Shown here: one piece after another, positions 21,148-32,007 of the stretch | Position numbering within the stretch: position 1 is the first letter of the stretch | How the letters are laid out: every line of letters begins with the position of its first letter | Assembly (NCBI GenBank): GCA_965229885.1 | Contig: CBDDJX010000002.1 | Coordinates: 423,945 to 487,944, forward strand | DNA: 64,000 bases | DNA from: Vicinamibacterales bacterium | GTDB lineage: Bacteria; Acidobacteriota; Vicinamibacteria; Vicinamibacterales; CAVVIG01 | Reading direction: 5' to 3' | Position numbers and translations under genes: made by a program | The notes under the pieces: generated by a model | Told to the model about the DNA's origin: nothing | Database searches by the model: none | Seen by the model: the letters and a program-made list of their open reading frames with translations, nothing else

Positions 21148-21891
21148 TCAGTCGGCGGCGAAACAATAAAACAGTCCCGCGCCGCCCGTGCTTTGCAGTT
21201 CCTGCTGACGACACCCGCTCGACGGGTGGGCCGAATTCCACGACGTCGCGCCGTCCCCCTGACCCCTGCGATCGTGATGGCCGACCTGCGCGCGCCCCGC
21301 ACGGCTCGACCAGTTCCCGCAGGTGAGATCCGTGTTGCCCTCGAACGCCGTCCCGTCTGGCCGCGATCCGGTGAGGATGTCGTGCACGTTTGGCTGGTCA
21401 CCTACGCCGTTCACGGGATCAAGTCGTTCGGTGACGGCATTCTCCTTGTTGATGCCGCTTTCGGCGCTGTGAAGCTGCGCAACATTTGCTGCGATGAGGT
21501 CACCGCCGGCGTTATACCAGGGGCCGTTCCCGATCCGGTCGCGCGCGCTGACGGCGGGCTCAGTCTTGGTCGCCATGGCGCTGAGATAGGCGCGCCACGT
21601 GTGGTCTCCCGATCCCTCGGCCGTGGCGAGCGCCTGGCAATGCGCGTCGGCTCCAGCCAGACCGCCAAGGTCTCCGCCCTGGCCGATGCCCCGGCTGGTG
21701 ATGAAAAATCTCGTCACGGACTTGGCGCCGCCCATCTGAATGGATTGAGGGGCACTCTGAGCGCCCGCCGGCGGCGCATTCGTCGCGCCCGTCTGCAGGT
21801 CATGGTTCTGGCCGCATGAAGCGAGGAGCAGGGCCACGCCGCATGCGGCGCACAGACGCGCTGCGCCAGGCATGCTTCTGATCGACTGCAT
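21148..21891 (-). CDS. Lectin-like lipoprotein
   Basis: Lipobox LASC; [38 protein letters not shown]. Confidence 0.75.
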   Translation of the reverse strand: MQSIRSMPGAARLCAACGVALLLASCGQNHDLQTGATNAPPAGAQSAPQSIQMGGAKSVTRFFITSRGIGQGGDLGGLAGADAHCQALATAEGSGDHTWRAYLSAMATKTEPAVSARDRIGNGPWYNAGGDLIAANVAQLHSAESGINKENAVTERLDPVNGVGDQPNVHDILTGSRPDGTAFEGNTDLTCGNWSSRAGRAQVGHHDRRGQGDGATSWNSAHPSSGCRQQELQSTGGAGLFYCFAAD

Positions 21892-21965
21892 ATGATGTCC
21901 TGGACGATAATCCTATGCGAGGACAGAGCGATAAGTCCTGCGGAAACGATTGGCGGAGCTTCCTG

Positions 21966-23642
21966 ATGTCTCAACTCAACAAGTACAGCTCGCGGATTAC
22001 CCAACCGAAATCTCAAGGTGCGTCGCAGGCGATGCTCTATGCCACCGGCATGACCGACGCGGACATGAGCAAGCCGCAGGTCGGTATTGCGAGCGTCTGG
22101 TACGAAGGCAATCCCTGCAATATGCATCTGCTCACGCTGGCCGACAAAGTGAAAGAGGGCGTCGTGGCGGCCGGGATGGTCGGCATGCGGTTCAACACCA
22201 TTGGCGTCAGCGACGGTATTTCGATGGGCACCGACGGGATGAGCTTCTCGCTCCAGTCGCGCGATCTCATCGCCGATTCGATCGAGACGGTGATGGCGAG
22301 TCAGTGGTACGACGCGAATATCTCGCTTCCCGGGTGCGACAAGAACATGCCCGGCTGCGTGATGGCGATGGCCCGGCTCAATCGGCCGTCGCTGATGGTG
22401 TACGGCGGCACGATCCGGGCAGGCCATGGGGACCACAACGAGAAGCTCGACGTCGTCTCGGCGTTTCAGTGCTACGGCCAGTTCCTGTCTGGCGCGATCG
22501 ACGAAGAGCAGCGGCAGCGGATTGTCCGGCACGCGTGTCCAGGGGCGGGCGCCTGCGGCGGCATGTACACGGCGAACACCATGGCTGCAGCGATCGAGGC
22601 GCTCGGGATGAGCCTGCCGTACAGCGCGTCGACGCCGGCGGAAGATCCGAAGAAGCTTCAGGAATGCGTGGAATCGGGAAAGGCGATCCGTCGCCTCCTC
22701 GAAATGGACTTGAAGCCTCGCGACATCATGACCCGCGTGGCGTTCGAGAACGCCATGGTCCTCGTGACGGTGCTCGGTGGATCGACCAATGCCGTCCTGC
22801 ATCTCATTGCCATCGCACATTCCGTCGACGTCGACCTCACGGTCGATGACTTCCAGAGCGTGAGCGACCGCGTCCCCCTGCTCGCCGACTTCAAGCCGAG
22901 CGGTTCGTTCGTGATGGAGGATTTGCATCAGGTCGGCGGTCTGCCTGCCGTGCTGAAGATGTTGCTCGAGGGAGGACTGGTCAACGGCGACTGCCTGACG
23001 GTCACCGGCAGGACGCTAAGTGAGAATCTGGAGGGCCTGCCCGGCCTCACGCCGGGCCAGGCGATCGTTCGGCCGCTGACGAATCCCATCAAGGCGACCG
23101 GTCATATCCAGATCCTCAAGGGCAATCTTGCGCCGGAAGGGGCTGTTGCGAAGATCGCGGGGAAAGAGGGTGTGCGCTTCTCGGGTCCGGCGCGAGTCTT
23201 CGATTCCGAAGAAGAGATGCTCCTGGCGCTCGAACGCCACGAAATCACCAAGGGCGACGTCATCGTCATCAGGTACGAAGGACCAAAGGGCGGACCGGGC
23301 ATGCCCGAAATGCTCACGCCGACGTCGGCCGTTGTCGGCGCCGGGCTTGGCCATGACGTGGCGCTTCTCACCGACGGTCGTTTTTCCGGCGGGTCGCATG
23401 GGTTCATCGTCGGGCACATCACGCCGGAGGCGCAGGACGGAGGACCGATTGCCCTGATTCGGTCGGGCGAGCGCATCACGATTGACACGGAACAGCACCG
23501 AATCGCCGTGGACGTCTCGGACGAGGAGCTTGCCCGCCGGCGAGCGGAGTGGCAGATGCCGCCGTTCAAGGCGAGCCGCGGCACGCTCGCGAAGTACATC
23601 CGCCTGGTCAGCAGCGCCAGCAAAGGGTGTGTCACCGAATGA
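21966..23642 (+). CDS. ilvD: Dihydroxy-acid dehydratase
   Basis: [48 protein letters not shown]. Confidence 0.96.
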   Translation: MSQLNKYSSRITQPKSQGASQAMLYATGMTDADMSKPQVGIASVWYEGNPCNMHLLTLADKVKEGVVAAGMVGMRFNTIGVSDGISMGTDGMSFSLQSRDLIADSIETVMASQWYDANISLPGCDKNMPGCVMAMARLNRPSLMVYGGTIRAGHGDHNEKLDVVSAFQCYGQFLSGAIDEEQRQRIVRHACPGAGACGGMYTANTMAAAIEALGMSLPYSASTPAEDPKKLQECVESGKAIRRLLEMDLKPRDIMTRVAFENAMVLVTVLGGSTNAVLHLIAIAHSVDVDLTVDDFQSVSDRVPLLADFKPSGSFVMEDLHQVGGLPAVLKMLLEGGLVNGDCLTVTGRTLSENLEGLPGLTPGQAIVRPLTNPIKATGHIQILKGNLAPEGAVAKIAGKEGVRFSGPARVFDSEEEMLLALERHEITKGDVIVIRYEGPKGGPGMPEMLTPTSAVVGAGLGHDVALLTDGRFSGGSHGFIVGHITPEAQDGGPIALIRSGERITIDTEQHRIAVDVSDEELARRRAEWQMPPFKASRGTLAKYIRLVSSASKGCVTE

Positions 23643-24577
23643 CGTTCTGGCGACGATGGGTGGGACGGCCTCAAGACCTGTTTCTCCGCAAGGCCCTGTT
23701 CCAGATTCATCTCTGGACGGGGATCGGCGTCGGCGTGTACGTCTTCTTGATCTGCGTATCCGGCAGCGTGCTTGTGTACCGGACTGAGCTTTACCTGAAG
23801 TTCGCGGCCCAACCTGTCTTTGTTGCCGCCTCGGGCCCTCGAATGTCGGCAGAAGAGCTCAAAGACGCGGTGCGGCGCGCATACCCGGCGTATCAGGTGA
23901 GGCAGGTGTGGGAAGGCAAGAGCGCCGAGCAGGCCGTGGAAGTTGTCCTCGAGAGCGGCAACGACAAGAAGCAACGGCTGTTCGATCCGTATCGCGGCAG
24001 CGATCTGGGGAACTCTATTCCGGCCGGCCTTCGGTTGACGAGCTGGCTCCTCGACTTCCACGACAACCTGCTCTACGGAGAGACCGGTCGCCGCATCAAC
24101 GGCATCGGCGCGCTGTTCGTGACGCTGCTCTCTGTGACGGGAGCGATTATCTGGTGGCCTGGCATCGGGAGCTGGCGCCGTAGTCTGACGATTGACCTCA
24201 AGGCCAACTGGAAGCGCCTGAACTGGAGCCTGCACAGCGCGCTCGGGTTCTGGTTTCTCGGGTTTGTCCTGCTGTGGGGTATCACAGGCGTGTACCTGTC
24301 ATTCGCAGCTCAGTTTGCGGAGCTCGCTGACTTCTTCGAGCCTTTTGACGAGGCCAACCCCGATGCGACGCGAGTCGTCGACACGATGCAGTATTGGCTT
24401 GCCTACCTGCACTTCGGCCGGCTCGGCGGCCGAGGGATTCCTGGCTGCGGCCGGGGGCTATGCAACTCGACGACAAAGCTGATATGGGCCGTGTCCGGAC
24501 TCGTACCGCCGCTGATGTTCGTGACGGGCGCGCTGATGTGGTGGAATCGCGTCGTCCGTCCCGCTGTGCGATCGTGA
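23639..24577 (+). CDS. PepSY-associated TM helix domain protein
   Basis: [32 protein letters not shown]; ATGA overlap with ilvD. Confidence 0.85.
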   Translation: MTFWRRWVGRPQDLFLRKALFQIHLWTGIGVGVYVFLICVSGSVLVYRTELYLKFAAQPVFVAASGPRMSAEELKDAVRRAYPAYQVRQVWEGKSAEQAVEVVLESGNDKKQRLFDPYRGSDLGNSIPAGLRLTSWLLDFHDNLLYGETGRRINGIGALFVTLLSVTGAIIWWPGIGSWRRSLTIDLKANWKRLNWSLHSALGFWFLGFVLLWGITGVYLSFAAQFAELADFFEPFDEANPDATRVVDTMQYWLAYLHFGRLGGRGIPGCGRGLCNSTTKLIWAVSGLVPPLMFVTGALMWWNRVVRPAVRS

Positions 24578-24596
24578 AGCCGGTGCCGTTACCGTC

Positions 24597-25913
24597 TCAG
24601 GCTTCTCTGACCCCGTGGCTGCGTGCGAGGAAGTAGAGCGCCACGACGACCAGCAGCACGCCGTTGATCCCGATGACCATCGGTGCACCGATGAACGTCG
24701 CGAGATAGCCGCTGGCTAGGCTGCCAAGCGGCATCCCGCCACGGAATGCCACCATGTAGATGCTCATCACGCGGCCGCGCATTTCATTCGGCGCGATGAG
24801 CTGGATGAGCGACGTCACGGTGGAGAAGACCACCATCAGCGCCGCGCCCGTCAGGAACAGCAGCATCTCGCTCACCCACAGCACGCGCGAGGTCGCGAAC
24901 GCCAGAATCAACAGGCCGTACACCGCCTGCACGATGAGCGCGGTGAGTCCCATCCGTGGGAACTTGCCGAGCCACGCGACGACGAGCGCGCCGACGACGG
25001 AGCCGGCGCCCGAGAACGCCAGCAGGTGACTGTAGGTTTCGGCGCCTTCGTTGAAGACGCTCTTCGTGAAGAGCGGCAGGAACGTCAGCACCGCAAAGCC
25101 GAGGAACGTCGTCGTCCCCGCGAGCACGATGAGCGCAACCAGGCTGCCGTGGTCCCGTACGTAAGAGAGGCCGATGCCCATCTCGTCCCGCATGCTGCCC
25201 GCATTTGTCGTCGGGATGTGCTTCACGTGCAGCGACATCAGCGCCCAGATCACGACGAGGAATGACGCGGCGTTCAACGCGAAGCACGCCGCCATGCCAT
25301 GGGCATCGGTGAATCCCCATCTCGCGAATGCCGCGATCGTGACGCCAAACGCCAGCGGGCCGAGCACGCGCGCGACGTTGAACTGAATCGAGTTGAGCGC
25401 GACCGCGTTCGGCAGATCCTTCGTATCGACGAGCGACGGAATAAGCGCCTGGTAGGCCGGACCGCCGAATGCCTGCGCGAGGCCGGTCGCGAACGACAGC
25501 AGCAGGATGTGCCAGATCTGGACGACGCCGGAGAAGAGGAGCAGGGCCAGCGTGGCCGCTGTCGCCATCTGGATGTACTGCGAGGTGAGCAGCGTCCGCC
25601 GGCGATCGTGCCGATCCGCCAGCACGCCGCCGATGAGCGTGAAGAGCATGATTGGGAGCTGCTGCAGGAACGCATCGAGGCCGAGGAAGAACGCCGATCC
25701 CGTGAGCGACAGGACCATCCAGTTTTGCGCGCTGAGCTGCGTCCACGTGCCGATGCTCGAGCTGCAGGCGCCGAACCACTGCACGCGGAAGTCGCGGTAG
25801 GTGAACGCGGCCAGCATGCGGCGAAGCGTGCGCGAGCCGAAGGACGTCGGCGAAGCGACCATGGCAACGTCTGCGGGGGGCGTGGGAACTTCGGCGGGAC
25901 GGGTGTCAGCCAA
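24597..25913 (-). CDS. MFS transporter
   Basis: GVLADRHDRRR, NAVALNS, EMRGRVMS. Confidence 0.85.
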   Translation of the reverse strand: MADTRPAEVPTPPADVAMVASPTSFGSRTLRRMLAAFTYRDFRVQWFGACSSSIGTWTQLSAQNWMVLSLTGSAFFLGLDAFLQQLPIMLFTLIGGVLADRHDRRRTLLTSQYIQMATAATLALLLFSGVVQIWHILLLSFATGLAQAFGGPAYQALIPSLVDTKDLPNAVALNSIQFNVARVLGPLAFGVTIAAFARWGFTDAHGMAACFALNAASFLVVIWALMSLHVKHIPTTNAGSMRDEMGIGLSYVRDHGSLVALIVLAGTTTFLGFAVLTFLPLFTKSVFNEGAETYSHLLAFSGAGSVVGALVVAWLGKFPRMGLTALIVQAVYGLLILAFATSRVLWVSEMLLFLTGAALMVVFSTVTSLIQLIAPNEMRGRVMSIYMVAFRGGMPLGSLASGYLATFIGAPMVIGINGVLLVVVALYFLARSHGVREA

Positions 25914-26003
25914 TCGGCGTCCTGATCTGTCCTAAACGAATGGAGGGTATGACTTTAGCCATGCTACTCCACGAAGAACACCGCGTCATCTTATCTTAAA
26001 TGC

Positions 26004-26063
26004 TTGATCCGGCCGAAGGCCGTGCGTTATAGTCCGACTCGAAAGGCGAAGATAAAGCGAATA
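26004..26063 (+). promoter_or_regulatory. Promoter and putative LexA-type operator of the imu cassette
   Basis: TTGATC-18 nt-TATAGT, then GCGAA at 26046 and 26057 (GAAg-N7-GAAt). Confidence 0.55.
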
Positions 26064-26068
26064 TTTAT

Positions 26069-26800
26069 ATGTTGCTCGCACGGGCCGACCTCGAAGCGCT
26101 GCTGCGCGACCGGAAGCTCGTTCCGCCTGTCGCGCTCGATGACCACACTGACGAATACGCCACCGCGCCCACTGGCGTTACCGCATTGGACACGCGGCTG
26201 GGCGGCGGGTTTCCGCGAGGTCAGTTGTCGGAAATTGTGGGCTCGCGATCGTCAGGCCGCGCAAGCGTGTTGCTGCAGATGCTCGCCGCGGCGACGGCGC
26301 GGCGCGAAATCGTGGCCCTCATCGATGTGCTCGACATGCTCGATGTCGCCTCGGCTGAGGCCGCCGGCGTCGATCTCGGCCGGTTGCTCTGGATCCGCGG
26401 CCAGCTCCCCATCGACCCGGGCCAGTGCCGCGACGTGCATCAGCGCGCGTTCGATCGGGCGATCAAAGCGCTCGTGCTCGTGCTGCAGGCGGGGAACGTC
26501 GGCCTCGTCGCCTTCGACGTCGCGGAGGCGCCGCCGCACGCGCTAGAGCGGCTGCCGTTCACCACGTGGCGGCGCCTGCAACGCATCATCGAGGGGAGCC
26601 AGACGGCCTGCGTGCTGGTCGGCGATACACCAATCGCGCGCAGCGCCGGAGGGATCACGCTCCAACTCGGGATTCAGGATTCGGAATTCGGGATTCGGTT
26701 TCGCGATCGATTACTCGCGGGTCTTGATGTGAACGCACAGGTGATCCGCGCCAGAGCCATGACAAATGTACGCGTGTCTCTATCGACCACCTGCGCCTGA
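26069..26800 (+). CDS. imuA: ImuA-like RecA-fold protein
   Basis: PTGVTALDTRLGGGFPRGQLSEIVG, degenerate Walker A SSGRAS, WRRLQR; first gene of the cassette. Confidence 0.85.
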   Translation: MLLARADLEALLRDRKLVPPVALDDHTDEYATAPTGVTALDTRLGGGFPRGQLSEIVGSRSSGRASVLLQMLAAATARREIVALIDVLDMLDVASAEAAGVDLGRLLWIRGQLPIDPGQCRDVHQRAFDRAIKALVLVLQAGNVGLVAFDVAEAPPHALERLPFTTWRRLQRIIEGSQTACVLVGDTPIARSAGGITLQLGIQDSEFGIRFRDRLLAGLDVNAQVIRARAMTNVRVSLSTTCA

Positions 26801-28121
26801 AGATACGGCGAACGTGGACGCGCTGCTCGCGATTGCGCGCGAGTTTTCACCGCGCTACGAGCAACATCGCGACGACCTCGTGTCGATCGATGTCAGCGGC
26901 CTCGATCGGTTAATCGGCCCGCCGCGGACGATCGGCGAGGAGTTGCGGCGCGACGCGGCGGCCCGAGGGGTGCACCTGCACGTGGCGCTCGCCAGGACCC
27001 GGGCCGCCGCGCTCGTGTTGGCACTCGCGCGTCCAGGGGTGACCATCGTCGAACCCGGCAGAGAACACGAATCGCTCGCCTCCTTACCAATCGCGATTCT
27101 TGAAAGGGCTGACCCTTCAGCCCTGAGCCTTGAGCCGTTGTGCCGCCGCTGGGGGATCAGAACGCTGGGGGAGTTTGCCGCGCTGCCGTCGGCCGATCTG
27201 TCGGCGCGTCTCGGCCGGCGTGCGCTGGACTGGCAGTCGATCGCGCGGGGTGAGGACACGGCGCCGCTCGTGCCGACGCGGCCCGAAGAGCGGTTCGAAT
27301 CATCGCTCGAGCTGGAATGGCCGGTGGAGGGCCTCGAACCGTTGTCGTTCGTGTTGACGCGGCTCCTCGAGCCGCTGTCGGCGCGCCTCGAGCGCCGTGA
27401 CCGAGGCGTTGCGATCCTGCATCTCGAGCTTCGACTCGTCACCCATTCAACATCGCTCGGGGCAGACCGTGATCGGCACGCGCGCCACCTGCAGTTGCCG
27501 TCGCCGATTCGTGACGCGCGGACGCTCCGCACGCTCCTGCTGCTCGATCTCGAATCGCACCCGCCGCCGGCCGCGGTCGAGCGCGTGACGATCCTCATCG
27601 ACCCGACGCCGGGCCGCGTCGTGCAGCACACCTTGTTGACACGCGCACATCCGACGCCCGAGCAGCTTTCGACGCTGCTCGGGCGGTTAGGCGCCTTGAT
27701 GGGGCAGGACCGCATCGGCGCGCCGGCGACCGTCGATTCGCACCGTCCTGGTACGTTCCGGATGGAGCCCTTCGCGACGGATCACGACGTTCACCACGAT
27801 CACCGCAGCCGCCTTCGCGCCGGAGGCGCTTCGGCGGCCTCTGCGGTGAATGTCGTGTCAGCATTGCGCCGTTGCCGTCGGCCGGTGCCGGCGCGCGCGG
27901 TGATCGAGGACGGCTGTCCCACGCGTCTCACGACGGACCGTCGCGGCTATGCAGGCGGACGCGTGCTGACCGCAGCCGGTCCATGGCGCACATCGGGCGA
28001 ATGGTGGGGCAAGGCGTGGAATCGAGATGAATGGGACGTGGCGCTTGCCGATGGCGCGGGGTACCGCATTTTCCGGGATCGCGACACAGACGGATGGTTC
28101 ATCGATGCGATCGTTGACTAA
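26766..28121 (+). CDS. imuB: ImuB, inactive Y-family polymerase-like
   Basis: MYACLY, DVSGL, WGIRTLGE, GPWRTSGEWW..RDEWDV. Confidence 0.87.
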   Translation: MYACLYRPPAPEDTANVDALLAIAREFSPRYEQHRDDLVSIDVSGLDRLIGPPRTIGEELRRDAAARGVHLHVALARTRAAALVLALARPGVTIVEPGREHESLASLPIAILERADPSALSLEPLCRRWGIRTLGEFAALPSADLSARLGRRALDWQSIARGEDTAPLVPTRPEERFESSLELEWPVEGLEPLSFVLTRLLEPLSARLERRDRGVAILHLELRLVTHSTSLGADRDRHARHLQLPSPIRDARTLRTLLLLDLESHPPPAAVERVTILIDPTPGRVVQHTLLTRAHPTPEQLSTLLGRLGALMGQDRIGAPATVDSHRPGTFRMEPFATDHDVHHDHRSRLRAGGASAASAVNVVSALRRCRRPVPARAVIEDGCPTRLTTDRRGYAGGRVLTAAGPWRTSGEWWGKAWNRDEWDVALADGAGYRIFRDRDTDGWFIDAIVD

Positions 28122-28235
28122 AAGCACTACCACGGAGGACACAGAGAAAAACCTGGAGGACACGGCTGATAGAAATGTTTCCGTGCTCTCCGTTTATCAG
28201 CGTTAAAACCACCGTGACCTCCGTGGTAGTGATTT
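28121..28235. repeat. Inverted-repeat (REP/MITE-like) element filling the imuB-dnaE2 gap
   Basis: CACTACCACGGAGG (28125) / CCTCCGTGGTAGTG (28218) perfect 14-bp IR, extendable with one mismatch. Confidence 0.75.
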
Positions 28236-31200
28236 GTCATACATCGAGCTCCACACCGCCTCCGCCTTCAGCTTTCTGCAAGGCGCCTCGCTTCCTGAAT
28301 CGATTGTCGAGCGCGCCGCCGATCTCGGCTATCCGGCCGTGGCGCTCCTCGATCGCAACGGGGTCTACGGCGCACCGCGGTTCCACAAGGCCGCAACCGC
28401 GGCCGGCCTGCGCGCGATCGTCGGAGCGGAACTGACGATCACGGCAGGAGGGGGCCTCTTGCCCGTGCTTTGTGAAACCCAGGAGGGCTATCAAAATCTC
28501 TGCCGCCTGATCACCCGCATGAACATGCGCGCGCCGAAAGGCGAAGGCGCCTTGACGCTGGACGATCTGGACGGCTCGACCCGCGGCCTCGTCGCGCTCG
28601 CCGGCCGCGCGGCGCTCTGGGCGCCAAGCGCCTTGGGCGCCTCACATCATGTCCGCCGCGATGGGGCGAGCGGTCTGATGGATCGCCTCGTGGGCCTGTT
28701 CGGCCGCGGCGGCGTGTACGTCGAGCTGCAGCGCCATTTCCGCCGCGACGAGGAAGCCGATAACCAGGCGCTCGTTCATCTCGCGTCGGCGTTCCACGTG
28801 CCCATCATCGCGACAAACGGCGTGCGTTTTGCGACGACGTCCGAGCGGCCGCTGTTTGATGTCGTCACGTGCATTCGCCACCACACCACGCTCGCGGAGG
28901 CCGGGCGGCGTCTCGCGCCGAACGCCGAGCGGTACCTCAAGCCGCCTGCGGACATGGCGGCGCTCTTCAGCGATCGGCCCGAGGCGATCGCCCGTACTCG
29001 CGAGCTTGCGGATCGCCTGCAATACACGATGGCGGATCTCGGCTACCGGTTTCCTGACTACCCGGTGCCGCCGGGCGAAACGCAGGCGACGTTTCTGCGG
29101 CAGATGGTCGAGATCGGCGCGCGCGAGCGGTACCGCCCGTACCACGATCGGGCGCGCGCGCAGATGGCGCGCGAGCTCGATCTCATCGAGAAGCTGAACC
29201 TCGCCGGCTATTTCCTGATCGTCTGGGACATCGTTAACTTCTGCCGGCAGCACGACGTCCTCGTGCAAGGGCGCGGGAGCGCCGCCAACAGCGCCGTCTG
29301 CTACAGCCTCGGGATTACAGCCGTCGATCCGGTCGCCATGGATCTGCTGTTCGAGCGCTTCCTGTCGGAAGAGCGCAGCGAATGGCCCGACATCGATCTC
29401 GATTTGCCGAGCGGCGATCGCCGCGAGCTCGTGATCCAGCACGTATACGAAACATACAACTCACGGGGAGCCGCCCCCGAAGGGCCAAGAGTGGGAATGA
29501 CCGCCAACGTCATCACCTATCGGGGCCGCAGCGCCGCGCGCGACGTGGGCAAGGTGCTCGGCTTCGGCGCTGACCAGGTCGACCGCCTCGCGAAGGTCAT
29601 GAACCACTTCGAGTTCACCGATCCGGCCGAGGCGCGGCCCCGGCAGCTTATGTCGATCGGCCTGGATCTGAGCTCAGATCGGGTGCGGCTGTTCTCGCGG
29701 CTGTGGGGCGACATCCAGGATCTCCCCAGGCACCTCGGCCAGCATTCCGGCGGCATGGTGATCTGCCAGGGTCAGCTCGACGCCGTGGTCCCGCTCGAAC
29801 ACGCCAGCATGCCCGGCCGCGTCGTCGTGCAGTGGGACAAGGACGACTGCGCAGACATGGGGCTCATCAAGGTCGATCTCCTCGGTCTAGGGATGATGGC
29901 GGTCATTCAGGACTCGCTCGCGCTCGTGAATCGAGAGGTCTCGATCAAACGTCCGATTGTTGATCTCGCGCATTTGCCGCAGGACGATGCGCGTGTGTAT
30001 CGCATGCTCTGCGAGGCGGACACGATCGGCGTGTTTCAAGTCGAGTCGCGCGCGCAGATGGCGACGCTGCCGCGCCTCAAGCCCGCCTGCTTCTACGACA
30101 TCGTCGTGCAGGTGGCGATCATCCGGCCAGGACCCATTGTCGGGAAGATGGTTCACCCCTATCTGAATCGGCGCGCGGGACGGGAGCCGGTGGTCTATCC
30201 GCATCCCCTGCTCGAGCCGACCCTGGCGCGGACGCTCGGCGTGCCGCTGTTTCAGGAGCAGCTGCTGCGCATGGCGATGGTCGCGGCCGGCTTTACCGGC
30301 GGGCAGGCCGAAGAACTGCGGCGCACGTTCGGGTTCAAGCGATCCGAGCGGCGGATGAAGCCGATTGAGGTCCAGTTGCGCGACGGCATGGCGCGGCAGG
30401 GGATCACCGGCGCCGCCGCCGAGCAGATCATCACGTCGGTGACGTCGTTCGCGCAGTACGGCTTCCCCGAATCGCACGCCGCCAGCTTCGCGCTCCTGGC
30501 GTATGCCAGCGCGTATCTGAAAGTCCATTACCCGGCGGCGTTCTATACGGCGCTGCTCAACAACCAGCCGATGGGGTTCTATCACCCGTCGACGCTCGTG
30601 AAAGATGCGCAGCGCCGGGGCGTCCGGTTCCATCCGATCGACGTGCACCTGTCGGACTGGGACTGCACGGTCGAAGTCGACGGTGCGATCCGGCTCGGGC
30701 TCCGGTATGTGAGCGGATTACGCCAGCAGGCCGGCAAGGCGATCGCCACGGCGGCGCGACGGCGGTTCGTCTCCCTCGATGATCTCATCGCGCGGACCGG
30801 TGTGCGCCGCGACGAAGTCGTCACGCTCGCCGACATCGGCGCGCTGAACGCGTTCGGCTACGATCGCCGCTCGGCGCTCTGGCAGGCTGAGCGCGCCGTG
30901 CGGCCGTCCGGCGAATTATTCGATGAGACAGGACAGGCGGGAAGGGCGGGATGGGCAGGAGACGCCGAAGAGATCGAGAGCGCCTGCGGCCATGCTGAGC
31001 GAGGGCCTGGGCAGTCCGAGCGAAGCATCAGCGTCAGTTCGCGCTGGGGCCCCACGCGCGGCAGCCGCGCGTGGGGCCCCAGCGCCAGTAAAAAAAAGAT
31101 GACGACTGCCCGTTGAAGCCGATGACCGAAGCCGAGCGCATCGTCGCCGATTATGCCGGGACCGGGCTGACGGTCGGCCGCCATCCGATGGCGCTTCGGC

Positions 31201-31541
31201 GCGAGGAACTGGCGATGCGGGGCGTGCTGCGCGCGTCGGATCTGCGCGCGGCGCGGCAGGGCCGACGCGTGCGCGTGGCGGGCATGGTGATCACGCGGCA
31301 GCGACCGGGCACGGCCAGGGGGTTCGTGTTCCTCACGCTCGAAGACGAGACCGGCGTCGCGAACATCATCGTCCGGCCGGATCTGTTCGCCCGCGATCGG
31401 CTGACGATTGTCGAGGAGCCGTTTCTCATCGTCGATGGTGTCCTCCAGAATCAGGACGGCGTGACATCGGTCCGCGCCGAGCAGCTGCTGGGCCTGCGGG
31501 GCATCGGCGACCTCGAATGTGACGCTCGTGACTTTTATTGA
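28234..31541 (+). CDS. dnaE2: Error-prone DNA polymerase DnaE2, split by a -1 frame break at 31090-31098 (ORFs 28234-31116 and 31113-31541)
   Basis: PHP ELHTASAFSFL, GRGSAANS, PDIDLD, GQHSGG, GFPESHAASFA; OB fold RQRPGTARGFVFLTLEDETG, terminal RDFY. Confidence 0.92.
31041..31085. repeat. Perfect palindrome inside the dnaE2 linker
   Basis: GCGCTGGGGCCCCACGCGCGGC-A-GCCGCGCGTGGGGCCCCAGCGC, 22-bp arms. Confidence 0.9.
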
Positions 31542-31722
31542 CGTCATTCCATGGGCGCCCGCCATTCACGGCAGTTTCGTCACACGATCGACGGTTTCGT
31601 AACGGATTCCCCCTGGCGTGCGCGTTTCTGCACGAAACCGCGTGGTACCTGAATTGCCCTTACCCTCCATGACGTAGCGATCAGCGACGATAAATGACTT
31701 GGTAGCAGGGACGAGGTATCCC

Positions 31723-31998
31723 ATGAGTGCGGTATACATGCCGGCGAATGAACCGATCGATCCGGTCGAGGCGCTGACCGAACGGGGCACACAGCCCCAC
31801 AGCCGCGCCGAGGACCCCGAACGGCCGGTCGAAGTGTTGCCCAACTCGGTGCGGATCCACGAGCTGACGATCGCGTGCGCGGCGATTGCCGCCTATCTGG
31901 AACACATCGCGCCGGACAAGCAGGAAATCGCGCTTGTGCACGCGCTCGACGTCGGCGTCACGGAGCTCGCGGCCCGGCGCGAGCGCTTCAAGAAGTAG
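31723..31998 (+). CDS. Hypothetical protein
   Basis: GAGG RBS, plausible helical C-terminal half; no family recognised. Confidence 0.45.
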   Translation: MSAVYMPANEPIDPVEALTERGTQPHSRAEDPERPVEVLPNSVRIHELTIACAAIAAYLEHIAPDKQEIALVHALDVGVTELAARRERFKK

Positions 31999-32007
31999 CG
32001 CAGGTCT

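Noticed and set aside
31041-31097. Hairpin plus A8 as an intrinsic terminator
   Set aside because: On + the hairpin is followed by A's; on - the T run precedes the hairpin. Neither fits a terminator.
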